From Prorocentrum cordatum (Eukaryota): a stretch of DNA of 64,000 nt. Numbering within the stretch: position 1 is the first letter of the stretch; each line of letters starts with the position of its first letter. Shown in pieces: positions 12,725 through 25,900 of this stretch. The position numbers and the translations under genes are program-made. The DNA lies in the NCBI GenBank assembly GCA_963575745.1, contig CAUYUJ010000115.1, positions 1 through 64,000 of the forward strand, given 5' to 3'. The notes below the pieces were generated by a model. The model worked only from the letters and a program-made list of their open reading frames with translations, was not told the DNA's origin and did no database searches.

Positions 12725-13316
12725 TGTCAGATGTAGGTATTCTCTCTCGGGTGCGGGTTCTGCATGCCGGGTTCTCGTTTACAGAGCGGGCTTCCCAGCA
12801 TGAGGGAGCTGTGTTGTAGCGAGAAGCATGTGTATGAGGCGTTGAGTTGAGAATAGAGGAACGAAGGAGCCGATACCGCTTTTCGGCGGAAGGTCGCGGG
12901 AGCTCGTTGGAAGGCGACGGACGTCAAAATCGGCCCCCAAAGAGATGGCAACATTTCTAGGCTCAGGGTCTCCGGAATCGGCACCATGTCCACCGCCGAT
13001 GGCCATGCCCACCCTCGGCCCAGGAACGGTGATGTGCCCGTTGCCATTGGGGTGCAACCCTTGAGTTGCCATTGGCGCGCAAGTCTTTGATGCCATCGGG
13101 GCGCAACCCGTTGCCTCATCTGTCTCACTCCGTCGGGACGCTCCCGCACGCACTTCACAGTTCAGCGCGTTAGATTCTGGGTCCTCTGAGGCGGAGACGA
13201 TCTCTGGCCACGCAGGGCGGGGGGTAAACAGGGGGAGGGGAAAAGGCTTCCTTGAAGCACACCTGCCTTAGAATCTTAGAAGGCGCGGGCCTTTCAAGAT
13301 CACCGCCCACCATTAG

Positions 13317-13455
13317 CCACCCCAACCCAACCCGAAGGCCTCGACTTGCCCTCCATTTCCAGCGGGAGGGGGGTCAGGGAAAATTGAAAAATAACTTCAT
13401 GAAGCCCATAACCCCTCCAACCCGAAATTCAGGTCTTCGGGTTGGGTTGGGGTGG
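13317..13455. mobile_element. MITE-like element, family D (related copy 11586-11875)
   Basis: TIR ccaccccaacccaacccgaag / cttcgggttgggttggggtgg; shared gccctccatttccag core. Confidence 0.7.
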
Positions 13456-14756
13456 TCTGGTAGGTAGTCAGAGGCAGCCTTCCTCAGCCTCAGCCGCAAG
13501 TGATCGCAAACGTTTTCGACTGTGCAAATGGATGGGCTCCCCACCACTCTGCTCACGGGGGGCGTGGCCTCGGATGCTAAGCGCCCTGGGCCCTCATGCC
13601 ACCAAGTGTGCATGTGTATCCGAGCGCCGGCGGGCCTCTCTCGCCCAGAGATGCCCAGGCTACCACGACCGCCACCTGCCCCTGCCTGCCAACTGGAAGC
13701 TGTGCACACCCTGTCAGAGAACTCCCGCGGGTCGTGAGGGGCGCCAGTACCTCTATGACGATGAACTTCAGCGTGGGGATGCTCCCGTCTCGCGCCCCTT
13801 TTCGGCGTTCTCACTGAGCACCTTTTTCTTTGACCTACTTGTCGTGCTGGCAGTCGCACTGGCCGTCGTACGTGTCGTGCTGGCTGCCGTGGTGGCTGTC
13901 GTACTTGCCGTGCTGGCCAGAGTGCTGGCCGCGGTGCTGGAAGTCGTGCCGGTCGTGCTGGCCGTCTGGCCACCAGCTGGTCTCCTTCACCTTGCGGAGC
14001 CCGGCCTCGCGCGCCGCCGGAGGAGGAGGAGGAGGAGGAGGAGGAGGAGGAGGAGGAGGAGGAGGAGGAGGAGGAGGAGGAGATGGACGAGGAGAGAGGA
14101 GGAGGACGAGGGAGGAGGAGGAGGAGGAGGACGAGGAGAAGGAGGAGGAGGAGGAGGAGGACGAGGAGGAGGCTCGCGGGCCTCGGCAGCCCTCTGCGAG
14201 CCTCGGGGCCGCCCCGGGGGTGGGCAGCCACCCGCGTCCGCCCCTGGCCTTCGCCTTGCTGTCGTGGCGATGCCGGAGGTGCAGGGTCAGCCCGCCAGGC
14301 GCGCCGCGTGGCGCGCGCGGGCGAGAGCGGAGGATGCCCCCCTCCTCCTCCCCCTCCTCCTCCTGGTCTCTCGGCATCGCCCCGATCGTCTGGCTCCTCT
14401 TCCTCCTGGCGGCTCCTTCTTCCTCTGTCCTCCCTCTCGGCTCTCCTCCTCCTCCTCATCCCTCCTGCTCATGCCCTCCTTCCGCCCGCTGTCATACTCT
14501 TTCTCTCTCTCTCTCTCTCTCTTCTTGTCTCTCTCTCTCTCTCTCTCCCTTTCTGTCTTTTTCTCTTTTGTTGTTTCTCGCGTTCTCCCTCGCTCTCTCG
14601 CTCCTCCCGTGCGCGTTCGTGAGGTCATGCCTCTCCGGCACGCTCGCGCTGGCGGGTTGCAGGCCTCGGCGGGTCGATAATCGACCCCCGCCTCATGGTG
14701 GGCCCCCCCTCTCGGCAACACCTCTGGCGGGCGATGTGGCCAATGAGGAGGGTGGC

Positions 14757-14928
14757 AATGATGTTGATAATGATGTTGCTGCTGATGATGATGAAGATGA
14801 AGATGAAGATGAGGAGGAGGAGGATGAGGATGAGCATGAGGATGAGGACGACGATGACGATGCCGATGCTGATGATGATGATGATGATGATGATGATGCT
14901 GATGCTGCTGCTGATGATGATGATGATA

Positions 14929-14964
<36 letters not shown>

Positions 14965-15041
14965 CTGATGCTGATGGTGATGATGATGCTGATGATGCTG
15001 CTGATGATGATGATGCTGCAGATGATGATGATGATGATGAC

Positions 15042-15081
<40 letters not shown>

Positions 15082-15103
15082 GTGATGATAGGGATGGGGA
15101 TGG

Positions 15104-15157
<54 letters not shown>

Positions 15158-15185
15158 GGAGGAGGAGGAGGAGGAGGAGGAGGAG
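14757..15185. repeat. (GAT)n then (GAG)n microsatellite
   Basis: Direct inspection. Confidence 0.95.
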
Positions 15186-17969
15186 GAAGTGGCGGGGGAG
15201 GAGGTTTACGGTCGGGAACGTTGGCTTAGCGTGTCGAGCCGCCAGTTCTTGCCCACCGCGTTTCGGTGCGACACGCTGGCCACTTCCCAGTCCCCACGCG
15301 TCAACGTCTGGAGGTTTTTCCTGGCCTCCCGCCGCGCGGAGCGAAGCGACACGCTACCAGTCTGCAGGACACAGCATGTCGCCGGGGTCGCTGCGAGACG
15401 CTTAGCAACAGTTTCAGACCGTAGACTTTGCGGACAATGGGCTAGGGCCAGGGCGGCACACAGCACGAGGAGGCGGAAAGGCATAAGCCAGGGCAGGAGG
15501 AGGGGTAGCAGCAGGAGGGATCGACGGATCGAGGATGAAAAGGTCAAGACGGTCGGCGCTGCCGCCGCCCCACCTCCTGCCTCGGAGGAGCAGCAGCTTG
15601 GCCACAGCCTCTGGCAGCCTGGCGAACGCCCGTCGTCTCGCCATCCCCGCAGGAAGCCAGCGAGGGTGGAAGTTCAGGAGGAAAAGAAACACACAGACAC
15701 AATTGATCGTCGACTCCCAGGAGAATATGGGAAAATATGGGAAGTGGGAGGGAATACGAAAACCCAGAAAATATTTAAAAAACTATTGGGAATATTGTTA
15801 TTTGTGTGTATTTATTTGTGTGTCCCAGGGCCCCTTCAGAAGTGGCAACCTGCGGTGGCGGAGCCAGACGGGTGTATGTCGAAATCCCGCGGAGCCGTGC
15901 TGTCTTTGATGCCCCCAGCACGGCCCGATTTACTGCCCCCAGCAGGGTAGCAGCAGGAGGACGAGAAGGCAGGAGGGAGGCAGGAGGAGGGAGAGGACCC
16001 GAGCAGGCACAGCACGCACCTCAGATGCTGAAGCAGTTTCTGTCACAAGCCCGGAGGCAGCCCTGCGGTGCGGCCGCTGCTGCAACACACCCTCCTGTCC
16101 CAAGACCTCTGCTCGCACGGCAGGTTCGTGTCGTCTCGACGCGGCGTCGGCCCTCGCGTGGGCGTTCAAGGTTGAACGCCGTTGTCGGCCCTGAGCCGGC
16201 CGATATCGAACGATCCGCGCTGTTTGGAAGTCGCGATGGCCCAAGGTGGAATGATCCACGCGGTGTCGGAAACCAACGCCGGAGTCGTCACGCCGCGAAT
16301 GTGCGGTAAGGCAATTCACGCGTTTCGCTTTGCTGCTGCGAGCATCCGGTGGACAAGAGTAGACCTTCACAGCTGGAGAGCTTTTTGCTGTGTTGCCAAA
16401 TGCGCATCGATCGACACGCGAATGCTGGACCATATTCAATTTTCAAGGTCAGGGACTCACTTGACATCAATGTAATTGGTGGTTGTTGTACGGAGGCTCT
16501 GCGCGGCACCTGGGCAAGAGCACAACTTTGAGCATGCGGCGCCCATCACCCATGTAACTGTTCTGTACTCAAGCTGTCGGAAAACGCAGCTTATGGATGC
16601 CGCAAGCGGGAGCCAGGAGTTGAACACCTGCAGGACTGCAAACGGCATCCTTAATTCGAAGACATGCTAACCAGCGGGGGCCCCAAGCAGTGTGTTTCTA
16701 ACACATAATGCTGTGCAATTTGCACGGCGCAGTATCGGTTGTGCCAACTATGTAGTGTACTTTAGGTTGTGCAACCCAGGCGGTGCAATCGACCTGTTGC
16801 AAGACAAGCTGTACGTTCTACGCGCTTCAATTTAAGTTGCGCAACCCAGGTGGCGCAAACATGCCATATACAGATATATGTATGTAAAGGTTGTGTAGGG
16901 TATGGTGCAGACAGTACGGTGCAATAAATGCTGTGTAAGGCATTTATGTGGGACAAACTATGTGGTGCAATCTAGGCGCGGCCAGTGCGGGCGCCGATGC
17001 TGACCACGCCGACGACGATGACGGCGTCCTCGCGTCGGTGATGAAGTTTTTGGAACGAGTTCGACATGCGCGCGCGGCCGACGCGCGAGAGTGGCCCGCA
17101 TGGTATTAGTTGACACGGATCGTGCCCCCCCCCCCAGCACCCGCGCAAGGGCGTGCAAATAATTTCGGCAAGGGGCGCCAGAAGCCCGTTTGGCAGAATT
17201 CCATGAACATGTTGAAGATCCCATGGTTCTTTCAAGAATTCGTTAGAGCGCGAACGCACGCTTTTTTAGACGGATGTCGCGAAACCATATGTTTGTTGTA
17301 TGTTTGTTGGACACTCGGTTTTGAAACCGCTACGGAGGCGAAGGTTTGTGACGGATCTCGACATGCGCGCGCGACGAGGACGCGCGTGTGTGCACTTCGC
17401 CTCACATGTTTTGCAAAAGGATTCTCGGGACGGCCCGCGCGCAAGGACTTTCGAACGATTTCGACATGCGCGCGCACGGAGCCCGTCTGGTAGCATTTTC
17501 AGGATCTGTTGAAAACCCCGATGTTGTTTTAAGCATTCGCAAGATCGTGCGCGCAAGTTCGTTTTGAACATCTGTGATTCGAAACCTTGTGGTTTTATAT
17601 GTTCTTGGGATACTTGATGTGGGAATCCTTACGAAGCCGGCGGTTTTGGAAGGATTTCGGCACGAGCGCGCGACAGCGCGCGCGTGTGCACTTCGTCTCA
17701 TCTGTTGCGAGGAGTTCTTGGAAACAGCTCATTTTTAAATAAACGAGCGTGCGCACATACACATATATATATATATATATGTTGCAGAGGATGGCGTGCG
17801 TGGGGGTACCGGCCCCCCTGGAATGGTGCGAATTCGTATCTAGGATGGATGATGGGACAGAATCATGTGTTAATTGCACATCCCCAGGGGGTACTGGTAA
17901 GTCCGGCTCCGGGAGGGTGGTGGAGTCTAACTGTTCCTCTTTTAGAACAGGAAAATCTAGGGCCGCGAC

Positions 17970-18160
17970 AAGGCGGCGACGGCGGCCACATAGCCGCCAG
18001 GCCGACGACACGGCCCAGACGACGGGCGGCGACGAGGCGGCGACTGGACCGCGACAGCGGCCACATAGCTGCCAGACCGAAGATGTGGCCCAGACGTCGA
18101 GCGGCGACGAGACGGCGACGGGGCGGCGACGGCGGCCACATAGTCGCCACACCGAAGACA
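17970..18160. repeat. ~2.5 tandem copies of a 75 bp unit
   Basis: ggccacatag recurs at ~75 bp spacing; flanked by direct repeat ctctttagaacag. Confidence 0.75.
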
Positions 18161-18724
18161 AGGCACAGCTCTTTAGAACAGAAGTGAGAGCCCGTAAGTG
18201 CAAGCACTGTTTGGGGGACTGCTCCTGGCATAAAAAAACGTATGCTAGCACTACTACGGCGAGGGCCACAGTTTGAATACCACCTCCACCCATCCGTAGA
18301 AGAATGAGACTGGTTTAAAACGAGTGTGAGCGGTGCTGCAGCGAGAGCCGTAATGCGAACACCATCCGCAGAAGTGTCAGAAGTTTTTTTCAAACGAGCG
18401 TGCGCGGCGCCATGGCGAGAGCACACCGTGAAGCCCACAAACCCTCCATCCGTGAAAGTGGCGGAACATCGTGCGGACCCGTGTGCGCGGCGCTACGCCG
18501 AGAGCCGCAATGTGAAGCCATCGCGCTCTCCATCTCTGCAACTTCTGGATCGCTGCAAGCCGGATGACCAACAAGTAGTGAGGAAGATGGGTGCCGTACG
18601 CCCAGCCCGCCTTCAGATACGCCCAGGGCTGCGAAGAGGAGCAGCTTTGCTCGGGAGAGAAGGGACGGAGGAGAAGGGTGCACGAGGATGAGGCAGAGGA
18701 GGATGTAATGGAGGGGAATTCGCA

Positions 18725-18877
18725 CGATGATGACGATGATGGTGATGATGATGCTGATGATGATGACGACGGTGGGTATGCTGATCATGACGGTGATTCT
18801 GCTGGTGCGGCTGATGATGATGATGAGGACGATAGTGTTGGTGTTGCTGTTGGTCGTGGTGATGCTGGTTCTGGTGA

Positions 18878-18908
<31 letters not shown>

Positions 18909-19004
18909 AATGAGGAGGAGGTGGACGACGATGATGATGCTGCTGATGATGAGGAGGAGGATGATCACGGTGATGCTGACGATGAAGATGAATATGAACA
19001 TGAA

Positions 19005-19067
<63 letters not shown>

Positions 19068-19563
19068 GAGGATAGTGTTGATGATGATGACGATGATGAT
19101 GAGGATGAGGAGGATAATGATGATGATGCTGATGGTGATGATGATGATGCAGATGGGGATGATGGTGGTGATGGTGATGCTGACGATAATAATGATGGTG
19201 GGGGTGAGGTGTTGTTGCTGATAATGATGATGACGACGATGATTTTGCTTACGATAAGGAAACGAGGAGGAAGAGGAGGGGAGGATGAGGGTGAGGGTGA
19301 TGCTGGTGTTGATGGTACTGATGATGGGAATACTGATGACGATGATGGTGCTGACGATGATGATAACGATGACGATGACGATGACGATGATGATTCGGAG
19401 GAGAAGGATGATACTGATAATGACGATGATGGTGATGATGACCAGGATGATGATGCTGATGATGATGATCATGGTGATGATGATGATGATGATGATGCTG
19501 ATGATGATGATGGTGATGATGATGATGCTGATGATGCTGATGATAATGATGATGACGCTGCCA

Positions 19564-19607
<44 letters not shown>

Positions 19608-19740
19608 ACTTATGCTGATGCTGCTGCTGCTGCTGATACTGCTGCTGCTGATGACGATGATGATGATGCTGATGCTGATGATGCTGCTGCTGATGGTGAT
19701 GATGATGATGGTGATGATGATGATGATGATGCTGATGATG

Positions 19741-19809
<69 letters not shown>

Positions 19810-19860
19810 CTGATGATGATGATGATGCAGATGATGATTCCGACGGTTGTGATGATGGTG
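18725..19860. repeat. Long degenerate (GAT)n microsatellite
   Basis: Direct inspection. Confidence 0.95.
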
Positions 19861-21350
19861 ATGTCGGCGACGTCGGCGTGGATCGGGGGCGGGCCCGCCG
19901 AAAGGTCGAGCGGCGCGTGCGCGGCGCCGAAGCTCCGCGGGTGTGGCGGCGAGGCCCTGCGCCCCGCGGGGGAGTGGTCGCGCCTCATGGAGTTCACCGG
20001 GGGGGCGGAGGGCGACGAGGACGGAAGGACGCCGTGGGGGCCTTTTCCGATGCCGCAGGCGGTGTCTCAGAGGGCGCGAGGGTTTCTGCGAAGCCCCCGC
20101 CGCCTTCTGAGCAGGCACGCCCCCTCTCACCTCACCCCCTGAGCCTGGGCTCGCCGTCGACCACCCAGCTGTGTTCCCTTCCCCCCCGGCGCAGACTGCG
20201 GGCCCCGACATCCGACCTTGTGCCCGCCCGGTTTGTTCTTGGCTCGCCGCCAGGTTCCTCCGGGCACGGCTGGACGCGGGGAGCATCCTCTTCGCGGCGG
20301 ACGCTGCCCACGTCAGCTTCGCCTACAGCTGCTGCAGCCCCCGCGGGCGAGAGGCCTGCGCGCTCTGGGGCGGCGCCGTGGGGTCGTTCCAGTTCCCCGA
20401 CGTTCGCATTCGGCTGCACGACCGCGTGGTCTCTGCGGGCATCCACGAGGGGGGGGTGATGACCAGGGCTCCGAGGAGAACAAGGTACCCACGCCGCTGC
20501 CCTTCCCTCGTCTTCCCGTTTCTGGGCCTCCTGGGAGACCCTCGTCGCCACGGATGGATTCGCCTCGACATTCTGGTCGGAACGCACCCGGGAGAGGTCA
20601 GGGGAGCATCGCTGGACCGTTCTGGCAGGGAGGTACAGGAAAACAGTTCGAGCCAAACGAAACACACAACGACAACAAAACGAAACACAACGTTTAGGTC
20701 CAGCCCTGCTGGGGAGCAGCGGTAATGGTGCCTTCTGGTTTCCCCCTCGGATGGGGTGGACATCGTGGCCGGGGCTGTGTAATCCCCCCAGATGGCATAT
20801 GCCCCGCCCCCTCCCCCCCTTCTCTTGCTCTCTCGATGCGCTCCCTGAGGCGGAGGAGGAGGAGGAGGAGGAGGAGGAGGAGGAGGAGCCGCCTGGATAC
20901 ATGCCTCGGTCCACGATCGTACCCGCGGCCTCGCGGGTCAGGCCCCCGGGCCGCGGTCCCGCGGGCACGGGGCGCTTTCTTTCGCGGGTGCCCCCCGCAA
21001 AGAGCCCGGCCGTGTGACCGCGCATCCACCGGCCTGCGCCCCCCAGAGCCCGGGCCGCGAGGGCGTGGATTTGGATACGTCCGCCGCTCGTGAGACGATC
21101 TGCGACCCCCCCTTCTCCCGGGCTGGACGAAAGGGGGGGATTGGGAAAGGGGTGGGGTTACGAAATCTGCTGCGTGCAGTTGGTTTCGGCCCCACCGAGG
21201 GGCCCATGCCTCGATACATGGCCGCCTCCGGCGCAGGGAGGCGCCGGGAAAATCAGCGACGCGAGCTGATTCTCACCCCCCCGCTTTGCTATCCCCCCCC
21301 TTTCGCCCGACCCGACTCTCAGACGCCCCCCTCGTGGTCGCCCCCCACAG

Positions 21351-21457
21351 GTCTGCGTGCACGACCCGAAGGACGGCATCCCGAGCGTGTATCTCGCGCT
21401 CGTCGCTGACCACGAGTCGCAGCTGAGGCTGTTCGGGGCGGTGCGCTCCTTCGAGAG
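21351..21457 (+). CDS. Candidate internal exon, unknown protein
   Basis: ccccacag|G acceptor, high-GC3 frame VCVHDPKDGIPSVYLALVADHESQLR(LFGAVRSFER); donor uncertain. Confidence 0.4.
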
Positions 21458-21530
21458 GGCGCTAGGGGGAGCGGAGAGGCGCGAGCAACGTGGTCACGGG
21501 AAGCCGACCCAGACCACCGCTGTGAAAAGC

Positions 21531-21731
21531 TCGGCGGCGAGCGAGGGGGGGAAGTGAGAAGGAGAAGGCTTTCTCAGAAGGCGGCGGGTCTTCTTAGAAG
21601 CCCTTCGGCCTTCTGAGAAGTTTTCTGTCTCTCCAGGGAAGGCTCAGAACAACTTCTCAGCAGGCTGAGGGACTTCCGAGCCTTCTGAGAAGGCCCGCCC
21701 GTTTTCGCTTCCCCCCCAGGCTCGCCGCCGA
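21531..21731. mobile_element. MITE family B with 5-6 bp TSD (copy 62201-62400 in opposite orientation; partial ~40095-40236)
   Basis: TIR tcggcggcgagc/gctcgccgccga, TSD (a)aaagc, internal ttctcagaa/ttctgagaa motifs. Confidence 0.8.
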
Positions 21732-21889
21732 AAAGCAGTCATGGGTCCTGGAGGATCTTTCAATGCTCTTTTTTCTCAGACAGTAGGTCGCTTGACAAGG
21801 GCCCTGAGGCCCACAACGGGCTCCAGGGGCCGAAACTCAGAACTTTGGCGAAGGATGGTTCCCAGAATGCCCTGGGCGTGGGGGGAGAG

Positions 21890-22075
21890 GCGCGAGGGGC
21901 TTTTCCACATGACGCTGATGGTGGTCTCGGAGGCCAGCTGGAACAGCAGCCTCCAGGCGGCGGCCGACTCGGAGTGGGCGCGCCTCAACGCGGGCGTCGG
22001 GGACTTCGTCCTCTCGCGGGCCGCCCTCGACACCTCCGAGATCGACCCTGGCGGCGCCCAGCGCCGCTGCGAGAG
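21890..22075 (+). CDS. Candidate internal exon, unknown protein
   Basis: AG|G acceptor, AG|GTGAG donor, high-GC3 frame REGLFHMTLMVVSEASWNSSLQAAADSEWARLNAGVGDFVLSRAALDTSEIDPGGAQRRCE. Confidence 0.5.
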
Positions 22076-22962
22076 GTGAGCCGCGAGATGCCCGAGCTGC
22101 GGGATGCCCGAGCTGCAAGTGTGCCCGAGCTGCGCGGGAGGCCCCCCCCCCCCCGGGCCGCTGCGGCGCCCGGGCGCCGGGCGCTGGGGCCCTGGCCGCG
22201 AGGGGTCCGCCCCTCCCCCTCCTCCTCCTCCTCCTCCTCCTCCTCCTCCTCCTCCTCCTCCTCCTCCTCCCCCTCCTCCTCCTAACCATCACGAACCAGA
22301 AACGAATAAAACCAAAATGCCTTCCCGAATAAAACCAGAACGACGTCCTTATGAAAACCCACTCTCAAGTCTCGTGCGCCGCCGTGAGCGGTGGCCGCGT
22401 GCCCGCCCGGGCGGCGGCAGCGGCAGCGCGGAGTCCGCCAGCGGCGGCGCCGCCGCCCACGATCGGGCGTCGTCGTCTAGCGGGGGGGGGGAGGGCGAGC
22501 AGTGAGGGGGGTGGGTGCGGAGGTGCACCTCTCGTGCCCCACACGGGGCCCTGAAGGGCCCCCCCTGGGGCCCAGAAGTGGCACGAGAGGTGCACGTTTC
22601 GTCGCCTCCCTGTCGCTCCATCCCCTCTTCCCCCTCCTCCTCCTCCTCCTGCTCCTGCTCCTGCTTCTTCTCCTCTTCCTCCTCCTCCTCCTCCTTCTTC
22701 GCCTCCTCCTCCTCTTCCTCCTCTTCCTCCTCCTCCTCCTCCTCCTGCTCCTCCTCCTCCTCCTCCTCCTACCTCCTCCTCCTTCTTCTGTTCATCCTGG
22801 CGTTGGCGCTGAGGCCGGGCGCGCTGCTGCTGTGACCGCTCACGGCATCAATTCGCGCGACATCGAGGGCAATGATGGTGCCTTTACCCTAGTGGACGAC
22901 GGCGTACCAACCACAGGAGGTTCGCCAAGTGGAAGGCGACCTTTCAGGCTGGCTTCAAGGAG

Positions 22963-25900
22963 TTGTCCCAGAAGCTGTTCGGAGACGTGCTGGCCACCGT
23001 CGACCGCATCAAAGGGGAGCAGCGCAAGCACGTGGACAGGCTCAACAAGAAGAGGAATACCGACGGCAAAGGAGACGACAAGGAGCCCATCCTTGTCGAC
23101 ACTGCGGCTTCAGCAGGGTCCGCTGTTGCTGGCTCGGGAAGCGGATCGACAAGTTCTCTTGGGAAGCAGGACGTTCTTGAACTGGCTCGCAAAGGAGCGG
23201 GACGTGCTGAGCCTGCCCCAGCTGGGCTAGAAACTCTCGACCGTTTCATACCCGACGCGGGCGTCCGCAAGAGGACAAGGTCGTCTTGGGCCAGGGTGCT
23301 GGCAGGGGCGCAGATAGTGAGGGCGGAGCCCATGCCACCCCAGCGCCTCCCACCCCCTAGCCATTGGGATCCTCGTCAGGTCAGCACAGGCATCTTTGAA
23401 CCGAGGAGTGATCACACAGGTATTTTTGTTGCGGGCGGATTGTTCGCCAGCTACAGCCAGGCTAGGCCGTTTTCCCGTCCCCATGCGTCGCCGCTTTGGA
23501 AGTTGGCACAAGTCTCAGGGCCCCCCAGTTTGCCCGATTAGGTTCGGAAGTTTTGAAGTGGAGGTTGAGACCGCAACCTGCACATGGTAGGCAGCCACGA
23601 CGGCGTGGCTGGGTCCGACGCCTGCGCACGCGGTCCTCGCACAGGAGCACCATTTCGTCTCGCAAGATCAGGTCGGGGTGTCCTCGCAGTGGGCCGTCCG
23701 CTCTAGATGGAATGCATGTTCTTTCTGCCGCTCAAGTAGTGGCCCATGATTCCTCGGGAGGCGTTGCTATTTTGGGGTCGAGATTTCGTGGGCATGTACG
23801 ATCTTTGGGACGGTCCTGAGTTCGTCCACCAGTGGGTTCGGGCTACCGTGATCCAGATCCCAGGGGCATCCTCTTTCATAGCGGTGCCAGCTTACCCTGA
23901 GGACTCAGGGGGCTCCTCGGAATCCATTTTGGGCACGCTGTCCTCTGTTGGGTCTCTGCCTGCTTGGTACCAGGGGCCTTCAATTGCGGGGGATGGCTTA
24001 CAGATGGAGCCGCAGGGGTTGGCGGTCAGCGATTTCGCGCAATCTCTGTCGGCTGACAACGTTTCCACAGAAGCTCAAGGCACGTGTTCAGGCACCTCGA
24101 GGGAGAGAGACACGAAGCTATACTATTTCGTCGTTTCCAGCGGCCTGTCCCAGGCCATTAAGGCCCGAGAGGCGGCCAATAAGCCCCACAAGCACGTGCG
24201 CCTTCTTTTTTCGAGCATATTGCCAATATGCAGGCTCTCAGCTTCGTCGGCCATCCTCGTCCCCCCTGTTGTGTGGCATCGCTCCTACTCCTGAGCCCCC
24301 GTATTGGTATAAGGAAAGAGATTGTGCCAACTATGGGAGTGGGTTGGTCACGGCCAGGGCCTCCCTGGATCTCAATCCAGAACCGCCCCAACACTCTTTA
24401 TCGTTTCTGGGCAAGTAAAGCGGACATGGGGATCCAAGCTGACCGGAAAGTTCTTCTTCCTGTTATAAGCGCTCGGGGGTAGTTTGCCCAAATTTGTTTG
24501 GAGGTCGGTCGCCGGCATAGTCAGCAGGGTAGCTAGGCAGCCTGGACTGTATGCTACGACGGCGGCGGAGAGCAACTGACGCATTTTGTTTCGACGTTAC
24601 GCCCGTGGGTTACCCCGGGTGCTGCTGCCTTGCTGCTTCGGGAGTTCCAGGAAGTGGTGGTCCTGTTGCAGGGCGGCCGCAGCTGGACCCACTCCCGTAC
24701 GACTGCCACAAACCGACTTCACGTCAAGGTTTCACGCGTTTCAAGCTGGTCTCGCGGCGCAGGGCTACGTGAGCAGCCAGCGCGTCGTGGCTGCTGGCGC
24801 TCCTTCGTGGTGTCTCACTTCTGCTGGCCTCGAAAGCACCCCACTTCGAGATAATGATGGTAATGCTAGTAGATCGTCGCCATCCCCTCCCCAATCTCGC
24901 GAATCTGGGTCTTTCCCCCTGAATTCCCCCGACCTCATCTCGGACCACCTCGGCGCGTTCGCGTTTAAGTTCCGGGACGCCGAGGGTTACGTTCAGAAGG
25001 CCTCCGAAGGTTTGCGAAGCATGAGGAATCGGGACCACGTCTGCATATCAGATAAAGTGTCGGCGGCATTGTGCGCGTTCTCGGGTGGATCTGATATGGA
25101 TGTCCTGTTTGGTTGGCGGTTTGGAGTCCGTGGTGAGGACTATTTGTCATTGTGCCCGAGGAGGTCACCCCGTGGGCTCCCGCGTCGACGCTGTCCTGCA
25201 ACGGAGTTCTTCTTGCTGGTCCTCAGTCCAGTCCCCTTTGGAGAGTGGGGCTGCTAGTTGCAGCGGGCCCTGGAAGGCCGCCAGCGAGCCCCCGCCTCGC
25301 GAGCCGATCGGCCCCCAGGGGCCGCCGTCAATCGCGCCGCCCGAGAAGTCGAGCGCCGTCGCGACGACGTGCCCGTCTCGCGCGGCCGCGAGTGCGGATG
25401 GTTCCACATGAGACATTGACGCCGCGTCAGACGGAGCGCCTGTCCTTCGCACGTCCACATCCCGCAGCGTGGAAGCCGCCGCCGCGATCCCCAACCACGG
25501 GCGGTGCGTTGCGGCACCGCTCTTGCCGGAGCCGGCTGGAGGAGGGGGGCCGGTCGGCGCCCTCTCCCGTTTCCCCTCGCTTTTGTTGGCTTCGTGGGCA
25601 GTCTGTCGAAGCGGAAGGTTCCACCGGATCCAGGAGAGGGGCGGCGCGCTCGGGTCTGTGCGGCCCGTTGACGATGTGCCCCGCCTAGGCCTCTGCAGCA
25701 GCAGCACCAGCAGCAGTGCGAACTGTTCTCCTTTCCAAGGCGGCCCTCGCGTTTGCGCCGTGGCCCATCGCGGCCGAAGGTTCACGGGCATCGCGGGTCT
25801 GGTACGATGTTCATGGCGCGGTGGCTAGGGGTTCGTTCGCCGCGTGTTTCTGGCGAGCGCGCGCTATTCTTTCCATGGGTCTGTTTCCGCAGTCGATCCA

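Noticed and set aside
13830..15950. 706 aa ORF
   Set aside because: Runs through GAG, CT and GAT microsatellites and a dispersed repeat; no domain
18390..20459. Long Asp-, Met-, Ile- or His-rich ORFs
   Set aside because: Translations of (GAT)n microsatellite
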